Shown piece by piece: positions 20,725 to 29,582 of a DNA stretch of 64,000 nt. Made by a program: the position numbers and the translations under genes. The notes below the pieces were generated by a model, which worked only from the letters and a program-made list of their open reading frames with translations, searched no databases and was not told the origin of the DNA. The stretch's first letter is position 1. Every line of letters starts with the position of its first letter. Origin of the DNA: Candidatus Poribacteria bacterium (lineage in GTDB: Bacteria > Poribacteria > WGA-4E > PCPOR2b); contig OZ242351.1 of the NCBI GenBank assembly GCA_965208675.1, positions 2,528,001-2,592,000 on the forward strand. Direction: 5' to 3'.

Positions 20725-22584
20725 ATGGGTAAATCCGCTTGGCAACAGATTCATGACGGCGTCTTTATGTTTCAGGATAGTTGCTGCGTATACGCAGTGC
20801 AATGTCCTCGGGGGACAGTTCTAATCAATGCAGGAACGGGTCTAGCAGCGAACCATCTCGGCGAGGTCGTTAAAAATGGGCCGCTGACGGTTCTGCTCAC
20901 CCATCATTTTAGGGACCATTCGGATGGCTCAATTCGCCTGCATGCAGCCGGGGCAAAAACATTGGGGCCTTACTGGGACGCAGAATACTTCTTGGACCCC
21001 GAACAGCACTTCCGCGAACGGCAAATCTGGAATTCGTACGACAATCGCTGGGACCGGTTCTCGCCAGTTCGCCCAATACCGGTTACAGACTGGATGATGG
21101 ATTACGAAACGCGAAACATCGCGGGTTTAGCGTGGAAAGTTATTCCCACGCCGGGCGTCACGAATGGAGCGAGTAGCTACCTCGTCACGCTGAACGGACG
21201 GCGATTGGCTTTCGTTGGAGAAGTAATCTGCGGTCATGGACGAACAGCTCGATTGGCGCCGCTCCAATACAACTACAATGACATGAGCGGGGCAGTGAAC
21301 CTCTGGCATAGCTGCTCTCGCTTGCTTGATGCCAAGCCAGACATGCTGCTGCCCAGCCTCGGCGAACCCATTGATAACCCGACCGGTGCAATTGGCGCCT
21401 TCAAAAAGAATCTCAAACGCCTGGACGAGATTGTCCCCGGTTTTACGACTGCACTGAACGAACCTAGCGAAGACGACATCGAACGAATTCTGCCCCACCT
21501 TTACCGCTCCAAGTACGGATCGGCTCATACGCATTTCGTCATCAGCAAAAGCGGAAAAGTGATGTCGCTGGATTATGGATACAACACCGCGGCATATTTA
21601 GCGCCGGGCAAGCAGCACGTATCTAATCGGCGTCCATTTCTACACGGACTGAGTGGGCTAAATAAACATTTCGGCGCCGATCGAATCGATACAGTTCTGG
21701 TTACACATTTTCACGACGACCATGTGAACGGTATACCGCTGCTTCAACGGCTGTTTGGTACCACCGTCTGGGCTGGGAGACACTTTTCCGACATCCTTGA
21801 GCAGCCCAACCGTTATGATCGGCCCTGCCTCTGGCACGAACCGATTCAGGTCACCCGGCACCTACCCGACGCTGAGACGGTTTACTGGGAAGATGTGCCA
21901 ATCACCCTTTACCCGATGTCCGGTCACACACGTTTTGCGACGCTTGTTTGCATGGAGATTGACGGGAAGCGGGTTGCGCATACCGGAGACCAAATCTTCT
22001 TCGATACGGAAGGTAAGGATTTTGAATCCGGAGCTAAGTTGTTTACCAACCACGTTTACAAAAACGGCCTTGATATCGGTTGCTACAAGCAAACACTGGA
22101 AGACCTTCGACGCTTTCAACCGGATTTGATATTGACCGGACATACAATGCCCTACCAAACCAGCGACGAATGGTACGAGGTGCTCGACCGCGGCGCCAAT
22201 GCGTTCGACGAAATCCACCAGTCCCTGATGATATTAGGAGATGGCGATGTCCATTTTGGCGCCGAGTCTCAGGGCGGGACGCTCAAGCCCTACCGTCTGC
22301 ACCTTCCGACCGGTGTAAGGGCAGAGTTTCAGGGATGGGTCCTTAACCCCTTTCCGTCAGCGTGTAAAGCGACGGCTAGATTGATCGGCGCCGCGGGCTG
22401 GGAAAGCGAATCCATTGAAATTGAGCTAAGCCCTCGCGAGCGGAAAGAGATCCAAATCTCTATTACAGCTCCGGCCGGCACATGCTGCAGACGTCAACCC
22501 ATCGGTTTGGACATAACGGTTGATGGACGCGCCTTCGGTCAGGTGGCTGAAGCGCTGCTCACCATTGGACATGCCAGATTTTAG
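20725..22584 (+). CDS. Tandem metallo-beta-lactamase-fold hydrolase
   Basis: Two MBL domains: THHFRDH and THFHDDH, plus SGHT and HTGD. Confidence 0.85.
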   Translation: MGKSAWQQIHDGVFMFQDSCCVYAVQCPRGTVLINAGTGLAANHLGEVVKNGPLTVLLTHHFRDHSDGSIRLHAAGAKTLGPYWDAEYFLDPEQHFRERQIWNSYDNRWDRFSPVRPIPVTDWMMDYETRNIAGLAWKVIPTPGVTNGASSYLVTLNGRRLAFVGEVICGHGRTARLAPLQYNYNDMSGAVNLWHSCSRLLDAKPDMLLPSLGEPIDNPTGAIGAFKKNLKRLDEIVPGFTTALNEPSEDDIERILPHLYRSKYGSAHTHFVISKSGKVMSLDYGYNTAAYLAPGKQHVSNRRPFLHGLSGLNKHFGADRIDTVLVTHFHDDHVNGIPLLQRLFGTTVWAGRHFSDILEQPNRYDRPCLWHEPIQVTRHLPDAETVYWEDVPITLYPMSGHTRFATLVCMEIDGKRVAHTGDQIFFDTEGKDFESGAKLFTNHVYKNGLDIGCYKQTLEDLRRFQPDLILTGHTMPYQTSDEWYEVLDRGANAFDEIHQSLMILGDGDVHFGAESQGGTLKPYRLHLPTGVRAEFQGWVLNPFPSACKATARLIGAAGWESESIEIELSPRERKEIQISITAPAGTCCRRQPIGLDITVDGRAFGQVAEALLTIGHARF

Positions 22585-22626
22585 AGATAACTCCCACTAA
22601 CCACAATAAATACGAGGCACACAGAA

Positions 22627-23703
22627 ATGAAAATTAAAAAGGGCAACATCACCAGCCGTATCGAACTCTCGCCGGGTGAGGATGTAGGCATCCATCCGAT
22701 TCACACCCTGAATTTTACCAATGTAGACGCCCTAAATATTCAGGACACCTCCGGATTCCCTTGGCTGCGCTTTTTCAAGGGTTATCAGCACTCTGAGCAT
22801 GACCCTTACTGGCATGAAGCCTATTTCGTTTCTAACGGGGGCTTTACGTTCTTGCTTAATCTGATGAACACGCGGGATGATAAGGAGGTGGGCATCCGGC
22901 TGTGGAAAGGCGACCATCCCAACCAGTGGTGCATCTTGATTCCGAGCCAGCCGGGGTACAAATTTGCCATCATTCGGGACGCGCTGATTGACGCTTTCGT
23001 CCTTGATGAGGACGGTAGGCTCATTATTGGAAGGCTTCCTCCAAACGACTACGGGCCGCCTGAAGGTAGATTTCACGTCAAAGGGATGATTGATGAAATA
23101 CAGGCTATCGTGGAGGCTGCCGCCTCGCAATCCGACGATATATTCGAGGTAACAAGCAACGGTAGAAAAAGTAAACACTTCGTCGTAAGTGCGGAAGGCA
23201 ACGTTGGCGTTGGGACGGGTACGCCTCGCGCTAAGCTGGACATCAGCGGAACAGCGCACCATACAGGTTTGGCGCAAGAATTTCTCTGCAACGGCGACCT
23301 AGAACCAGGGGAAATCGCGGTGATCGACACAAACGACAGGTTGAAGGTAAAGCGGTCCGAGAAAGCTTATGAGACCGCCATAGCCGGCGTCGTCTCAAGA
23401 AGTCCGGCAATAAGGATTAGTCCACAGCATAATGAGCGGACGGCACCTTTAACCCTGTTTGGAAGTGTTCCGGTCAAGGTGACCGATGAGAACGGCCCAA
23501 TTGAAGTAGGCGATGCGTTAACCTCCAGTTCAATACCAGGCTGCGCCATGAAATTCCGGTTGTTAGAAGCGCAAAGCGGAATGGGCAGCGGCGAAATCAT
23601 CGAACTCATCAATGAGAATGAACGGCGACGGAACGCAATTTTGGGCAAAGCGTTGGAACCTTTTACACAAGGCACCGGCGAAATAATGGCATTGGTATCG
23701 TAA
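22627..23703 (+). CDS. Hypothetical protein with tail-fibre-like GNVGVGT repeat and C-terminal peptidase G2/intramolecular-chaperone-like domain
   Basis: GNVGVGTGTPRAKLDISG, IAGVVS, GSVPVKVTDENGPIEVGDALTSS, ILGKALE. Confidence 0.6.
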   Translation: MKIKKGNITSRIELSPGEDVGIHPIHTLNFTNVDALNIQDTSGFPWLRFFKGYQHSEHDPYWHEAYFVSNGGFTFLLNLMNTRDDKEVGIRLWKGDHPNQWCILIPSQPGYKFAIIRDALIDAFVLDEDGRLIIGRLPPNDYGPPEGRFHVKGMIDEIQAIVEAAASQSDDIFEVTSNGRKSKHFVVSAEGNVGVGTGTPRAKLDISGTAHHTGLAQEFLCNGDLEPGEIAVIDTNDRLKVKRSEKAYETAIAGVVSRSPAIRISPQHNERTAPLTLFGSVPVKVTDENGPIEVGDALTSSSIPGCAMKFRLLEAQSGMGSGEIIELINENERRRNAILGKALEPFTQGTGEIMALVS

Positions 23704-23834
23704 GCGACCTCCCTCTAACCCAGCGAAGTTACATCCATGTAATGATTGTTTCTGCATTATGTGAGAAATACCAAGTTTCCTTGTTCATTTTTGTTTCAAC
23801 AATTTTCAAGGGTAACGCTGACTCCCTAAAGAGA

Positions 23835-23863
23835 TTGACAAAACCTTAGCGGCGATTTACAAT
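23835..23863 (+). promoter_or_regulatory. sigma70 promoter
   Basis: TTGACA-17bp-TACAAT upstream of the 24-27.5 kb cluster. Confidence 0.7.
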
Positions 23864-24027
23864 ATGGTGTCGTTTCGATTTACAACCTAGCACATCTGAA
23901 TAATTTCAGTTACGGTTCATGTTTCAAAATTTACGTCTTTTCATTTTCACTAGCCAAAGATTAGAAGCCGCATGCAAATTCCTTTGCTAGTGCTCGTTCA
24001 GACATTCTACTTAGAAGGAAATGTACC

Positions 24028-24423
24028 TTGAGAATTGAATTTAAAATGCCATTCAAGATTTTGGCTCTTTTTATGGCATCAATAATGTTCAGTATGCCTT
24101 TTGTCACCCTTGCCCAACGGAATGTACAAGCAGAAGCAACAGCCGCTGCGAAACGAGATGCCCAAAATGATATAAATTCTACCCTATGGTGTTTGGGAGG
24201 CTGTTTAGGCGGTGTAATCGCGATCGTTATTGCCTATGCTGTTGAGCCAACTCCTCCGGCCACAAGATTAATAGGTAAATCACCAGAATATGTCGCTTTT
24301 TACACTGATGCCTATACTGAAACAGCCAAAAAGCGTCAGGCTAACAGTGCTCTAAATGGCTGTCTTGCCAACGCCTGTGCATCCATAGCATTAATTGTGG
24401 TTGCCGCAGCAGTTGATGATTAG
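24028..24423 (+). CDS. Hypothetical exported/membrane protein
   Basis: Signal-like N-terminus and two hydrophobic segments; start may be ATG 24046. Confidence 0.7.
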   Translation: MRIEFKMPFKILALFMASIMFSMPFVTLAQRNVQAEATAAAKRDAQNDINSTLWCLGGCLGGVIAIVIAYAVEPTPPATRLIGKSPEYVAFYTDAYTETAKKRQANSALNGCLANACASIALIVVAAAVDD

Positions 24424-24467
24424 TCTTACCAATGGCTTACTCCAAGGAGCTTGGTGGCGGGTGATTA

Positions 24468-25211
24468 TTGACTCGTGCTGTCACAATACAGATGCCCAAA
24501 TCATCCAAACGTACAGTTGCATTTTTACTCATATCCATTTTTTGCACTTCGCTCCACGCCGATCAGTTAAAATGCCTCTCCTTGGATTTTGCACGCGAAT
24601 TAATCGAAAATGAAATAACGGAGCACACAACCGGCACCCTGCACTACGATGCCAAAACAACACGTGTTGTCGTTGAGGTTACGGAACCACTCAAGCAGAT
24701 AATGATTGTGAAGGACAACGTCCTAGAAATCTATTACCCTGTAGAGCAGCAGGCGTTTCGATTTATCTCTCCGGGACGAGTTCCGCTCCCGTTTGTGGAG
24801 TCCATAATCCAGTCGACACAAACAGAATTTGGGTTATCAACCATTGGGTATTCTCTTGACAAACACGTGATAGTGGATGACATGCTCTATACCTATTGGT
24901 CACCGCCTGAAAAAGCACGAGATAAAATCGGCGCTGTCATTCTCGGGATGCGCGATGAACGACTCCTTTCTACCGAAGTCAAAAACCCAAAAGGGGTTAC
25001 AATTGCAAAATCCCAATATCAAGATCACAGCAAAGTCGGAATTAACTTTATACCAATGACGGTTACTTCCAAGACGTATGGGGCAAATTCTGAAGTTTTA
25101 CAACATGAGCGAATAGTCTATAACAACCCACAAGTGAACGCGGAGAGGCGGAACCCGATATTAAATTTCATAATTCCGGAATCCGTACCAGTAAAGGTCG
25201 TTAAATGGTAA
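24468..25211 (+). CDS. Hypothetical periplasmic protein, LolA-like
   Basis: Signal peptide; beta-rich pattern GTLHYD..VVEVTEPLKQIMIV..IYYP..ending NFIIPESVPV. Confidence 0.55.
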   Translation: MTRAVTIQMPKSSKRTVAFLLISIFCTSLHADQLKCLSLDFARELIENEITEHTTGTLHYDAKTTRVVVEVTEPLKQIMIVKDNVLEIYYPVEQQAFRFISPGRVPLPFVESIIQSTQTEFGLSTIGYSLDKHVIVDDMLYTYWSPPEKARDKIGAVILGMRDERLLSTEVKNPKGVTIAKSQYQDHSKVGINFIPMTVTSKTYGANSEVLQHERIVYNNPQVNAERRNPILNFIIPESVPVKVVKW

Positions 25212-25687
25212 CTTACCCCAGATTATCCAGATTTGTCGGGCGGGGTTCCTGTGTCTCAGCGCGAGCCTTACTTATAGTTCTCCTCATTGCATTCTGTTTG
25301 TCATTCGTTTTCCTCGTTTTTCCCACGCCTGCAGATGAAGCCGCCGACCTAGCATTCATCCGTAAAGCCAACCCTATCACAACTCCCAAACCGCAGGAGG
25401 CTGTCGGTTTTAATCTTCAGGAGACCTCGGAACTGAAGCTCGCCGCGGCTGGTCTGATTCGTTTGTATCAAAAATTTATCTCTAGCCAAGACGGTCCGGC
25501 GTGCAATTTCGTACCGAGCTGTTCACGTTTCGGCATGGGATGTATTCAGGAATACGGTATGCTGCGGGGACTATTGCTTACCAGTGACCGGTTGCTCCGA
25601 TGCAATGGTTCGGTATCGAGGCATTACTACAAAGATGATGCCACGGCTAAATACCTCGATCCGGTTTCAGATTATGCCGCGTGGTAA
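25205..25687 (+). CDS. Membrane protein insertion efficiency factor YidD-like, with N-terminal extension
   Basis: LIRLYQKFISSQDGPACNFVPSCS..DRLLRC three-Cys signature. Confidence 0.85.
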   Translation: MVTYPRLSRFVGRGSCVSARALLIVLLIAFCLSFVFLVFPTPADEAADLAFIRKANPITTPKPQEAVGFNLQETSELKLAAAGLIRLYQKFISSQDGPACNFVPSCSRFGMGCIQEYGMLRGLLLTSDRLLRCNGSVSRHYYKDDATAKYLDPVSDYAAW

Positions 25688-26636
25688 TAGTTGTTTTGGC
25701 AAGACTCAAGTTTACATTCCTACTGGTCAACAGAAAGGGGCATGGTTTCGTTTCCATTGTATGCGTCTACGGCGATTCACGCTCATTGTCCTCCTTTGCA
25801 CCACGCCCCTATCGGTTGCAACCGCTGAGAAGCACCGCGACTATTACAGCCCTAAGAATGTCCGTAAATTCGCCGATTTTTTATACGAGCAGGGCGACTA
25901 CCTTCGCGCCGCGAGTGAATTTCAACGCTATCTGTTTTATCAGCCTAGAGAAAGCGACAAAATATATTATCAAATTGGACTATGTTACCGTCTTGGCGGC
26001 AAATCTGAAAAAGCAATTAGGACATTTTCGACGTTTCTACACACATTTCCCGACAGCCAGTTGGTTAATAGTGCACGCTTTCAAATCGGCGTCGCCTATT
26101 TCCTCACGGAACAGTTTCAGCAATCTGTAAACTATCTGGATGCAGCACTGCCGCACATTACTGATTTACCGTCTCGTGCAGTATCGCTAGAACTAATCGG
26201 GCTCTCTTACCTGATGCAAAAGCGGTGGTTTGAAGCCAACAAAATATTCATTGGGTTGCAGGAATCGGATGTGGCAGAGGTCAGGGAGAGGGCAACACTG
26301 TACCACAATTACGCAATGCGGGGAACGCAATTGCCTAACCGCAGTCCGCTTTTGGCAGGAATTCTCTCAACGATTTTACCCGGCGCTGGTCGGCTCTATA
26401 CAGGACGCATCGGCGATACGCTGACCTCACTGTTTACTGTCGGCTTAACGGGCTGGCAAGCTTACGACGGTTTCAGAGAGAACGGGCTTTCTTCAGCAAA
26501 AGGCTGGGGGTTTGGTGCGCTCAGCGGAATCTTTTATGTCGGAAATATCTACGGCTCCGTAATATCGGCGCATGTTTACAACCGACACGCGGCGGACGAA
26601 TTCTTGGGGTCGTTATCCATAAAATTGTTGTATTGA
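25584..26636 (+). CDS. Tetratricopeptide repeat protein with C-terminal membrane hairpin
   Basis: TPR helices; SPLLAGILSTILPGAGRLYTG motif; true start probably downstream (about 25761). Confidence 0.78.
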   Translation: MTGCSDAMVRYRGITTKMMPRLNTSIRFQIMPRGNSCFGKTQVYIPTGQQKGAWFRFHCMRLRRFTLIVLLCTTPLSVATAEKHRDYYSPKNVRKFADFLYEQGDYLRAASEFQRYLFYQPRESDKIYYQIGLCYRLGGKSEKAIRTFSTFLHTFPDSQLVNSARFQIGVAYFLTEQFQQSVNYLDAALPHITDLPSRAVSLELIGLSYLMQKRWFEANKIFIGLQESDVAEVRERATLYHNYAMRGTQLPNRSPLLAGILSTILPGAGRLYTGRIGDTLTSLFTVGLTGWQAYDGFRENGLSSAKGWGFGALSGIFYVGNIYGSVISAHVYNRHAADEFLGSLSIKLLY

Positions 26637-26677
26637 GTTTTCCTTGACTCGTTGTTAGCTAATCAGTTGGAGTTGCA

Positions 26678-27529
26678 ATGAATTCGAGGCGCGTTGTATT
26701 TTCCCTTCTTGCCGCGGCGCTTTCACTTTTCTGTGGCCCCACAGCAACCGGGGAAGATACTCCGCTTTCTCTGGGATCCCATTTTTTTAAATTGGGCAAT
26801 TTTGATGCCGCTATAACTGAATACAAGCGTTTCATTTTCTTTCATCCGGATGATCCTCGTACGGCGGAAACATTCCGCAACATCGGCATCGCTAATCGAG
26901 AACAGGGTCATTGGGGTGAAGCCGTCGCTGCGATGCATGCGGCAGTACAACACGCTTCGAATCCGGAAGAAAAATCGAAATACCAACTGGAACTCGCCGT
27001 GATATTCATCGCTGCGAAGGACTACGATCTTGGACGGCTTGAGCTGATAAAGGCGAGGATGCGGAACCCATCCGCGCCGGTTCACCAACGCGCGCTTTTT
27101 TTAGAAGCCATTGCCTTAATTTACCAGTTTCGATGGACGGAGGCGGGTGAGGTGTTGCGGAACTATACCACGGATGAAAAGCTTGATACGCTTCTTGAGA
27201 ACGCGGTCAACTTGCCGCAGAAATCCCCTGGGTTAGCCAAAGTTTTATCGGCAATCCTACCCGGAGCGGGGCAAGTCTACGCAGGAAATTGGCGAAGCTG
27301 GTTAAACGCTCTCACCCTGAACGGTGTCCTCGGTTATCTCACAGTCGATGCAGTGCTAGACCGGCATTACATGGATGCGGCTTTGTGGGGAGGGGCTGTT
27401 TTCTCGCGTTATTACCGAGGCAATATCTTCCGCGCCGAAGAAGCGGTGAAGCAGTTCAATACCCAGCAGTCCCGCCGAGCATCCGAAGCACTCTTACAGC
27501 GACTGCAAGACATTGCTGACATTCGTTAA
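26678..27529 (+). CDS. Tetratricopeptide repeat protein, paralogue of the upstream gene
   Basis: Signal peptide, AITEYKRFIFFHP, KSPGLAKVLSAILPGAGQVYAG. Confidence 0.8.
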   Translation: MNSRRVVFSLLAAALSLFCGPTATGEDTPLSLGSHFFKLGNFDAAITEYKRFIFFHPDDPRTAETFRNIGIANREQGHWGEAVAAMHAAVQHASNPEEKSKYQLELAVIFIAAKDYDLGRLELIKARMRNPSAPVHQRALFLEAIALIYQFRWTEAGEVLRNYTTDEKLDTLLENAVNLPQKSPGLAKVLSAILPGAGQVYAGNWRSWLNALTLNGVLGYLTVDAVLDRHYMDAALWGGAVFSRYYRGNIFRAEEAVKQFNTQQSRRASEALLQRLQDIADIR

Positions 27530-27656
27530 AAAGTGCTATGCTACAGTTCCGAAAATTTCTGTGGGGCGTAAACGACAGATAGGATTGCAAAGATAAAAAT
27601 TACAAATCCTCAAGTATTTGTAGAATTAAGTTGAATACCCATAAGGAGGCTTCAAG

Positions 27657-28691
27657 ATGTTTCATCCAAAACGATTCTGTAGTTGCATGTTTGGCGTAGT
27701 TATACTCATTTATTCTGCTCTCCACGCATCCGCACAGACTAACGTCTCTTCACCTACCACTGCTGTTTGCTTAATCGGAGATAATCCGGGCATCGATGAT
27801 TCTGACGCACAGACTGCAGCGATGTTGGTGTGCGATGAGTTGCGCAAGCAGGGCATATCGGTCAGCGATCCTGTTTTCGAGGCGCCTGCTTCTGGAAATG
27901 TCTACCGCATTGTGTTACGGCGTCTAGGTGGGAAGGTTATTGTGCGCTTGAGTCAGGAAAGTCCTATCGGAACCGTTATCGCCGAACGGCAGATGACCTT
28001 AGCAAATATCGAAGAGATGATTCCCGCGGCGCCGCGGTTGGTTGATGCGCTCGTCCACCGCAAGCCAATTGATGCGACGGTTGACATGGAGAGTGTTGTT
28101 GAGCAGGAAGCGCGTGAACTTCGAAAGATATCCGGTGAGTCGCTTTGGAATTTCGGAGTTATCGGAATTTCTATCCCGGGCACAGATATAGTTGGTGATG
28201 CCGGATTCCAGTGCGGCTGGTATCACGAAACACCGTCCTTCGCCGCAGGTACTGACCTTCAGATTAGCGGAAACGGCCAAGACGAGAACAACGACGGTTT
28301 TCTCTTCTTCACTTGGTCGGTCGGCGGACGTTATTTCCTCGCCAAACAGAACATTTCACCCTATGTGGGCGGCGGGATCGCATTTGTCGCAGCCAGCTAC
28401 GATCCGCGAGAACCAATGACAGAACGAAAGGAAATTCCTAGACAACCACAGTTCAATGACGAGTGGTGGGAGGACGATTACTATTTCGAAGACGATTCCT
28501 ACTATTCAGAATCGGAAGAAGATACTGGCTTGGGAGTCTATGGTGTCGTCGGAATAGAAATGCTGCGACTCACGCAGAGCCGCCTAAACCTTGAATTGCG
28601 GGTGGATAGACCGTTCTTTTCGTTGCCAAACCAAGACATGATGCCGATAACGATTGGTGCTACCTTTTCTTGGAATTTAAATTTTTTTTAG
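27657..28691 (+). CDS. Outer-membrane beta-barrel-domain protein
   Basis: Signal peptide, GGRYF..SPYVGGG strands, acidic loop, aromatic C-terminus. Confidence 0.7.
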   Translation: MFHPKRFCSCMFGVVILIYSALHASAQTNVSSPTTAVCLIGDNPGIDDSDAQTAAMLVCDELRKQGISVSDPVFEAPASGNVYRIVLRRLGGKVIVRLSQESPIGTVIAERQMTLANIEEMIPAAPRLVDALVHRKPIDATVDMESVVEQEARELRKISGESLWNFGVIGISIPGTDIVGDAGFQCGWYHETPSFAAGTDLQISGNGQDENNDGFLFFTWSVGGRYFLAKQNISPYVGGGIAFVAASYDPREPMTERKEIPRQPQFNDEWWEDDYYFEDDSYYSESEEDTGLGVYGVVGIEMLRLTQSRLNLELRVDRPFFSLPNQDMMPITIGATFSWNLNFF

Positions 28692-29582
28692 AGCCTAGGA
28701 AAATCTCGACAATATTCTCGTGAAGATATTTCTTCCGTTTGGTGAAAATAATGGCAAGGTCAGTTCCCTTTCCATTGTATTTGCTGCTAGATTCTCTAAA
28801 TTGGCAAAAATAATAATGGTTGTTGCCATTGGACATCTGGTATAAGGCTCGAAAAATGTATATGGTTCATACTTAACCCTTTCATTGGTTTAGAATTAAA
28901 TTTCCCAATGAAGTAAACGCATACATCAGCAGGTAGCGTGACTTTTTCTCTTTCATTGAGGCTTTAATGCGCGTTCGATTCCATGGTAATATCGGTTACA
29001 ATTTAATCATTGCAATCGGTTAACATATCTTACGGCGCCCAACAATGGCAACCGCTCCTCCCTCAACGTGTTTACACATTTGTATCTATTTGAGACACAT
29101 TTGTTTACAACCCGTGAATCCTAGATTTGGTGCAGGCTATCCCGACCTTCTGCGTCTGTTTTATCGAATTCTTGTAAACAAAAGTGTATTCCCCTTCCAT
29201 ACCACCTAAACATTTCCTCCCCATACTCAAAAAATTCTGAACTGCCCGCAGCCTTTGACACTTCAGATTATCCGCGTCCAAACCAAACCAATATTTAATG
29301 GCATTTATAGCATGTGGTGCATAAATTGCCTCATCCCATTTACCGCAAACAATCTACCGTACTAAACTAATCAGTACTGCAGGAGGATTTGGCTGTACGA
29401 CTGTCTTATAATTCAGTCGAGCCGAATCTAAAAACCGATGGTAATTACTGGCGTGTTACGAAGTATGCAGGGCATTTCTCTTGACACCAAGGGCGGGATT
29501 TGGCAAAATTCGCCACATGTATGTTTCGATAAACCTGAATTATCTATAACTAAATAATAGCGGCTTAAGAGGTGCGGTTACT

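Noticed and set aside
22627-23703. Prophage
   Set aside because: Only one fibre-like gene; no terminase, capsid, integrase or lysis genes nearby.
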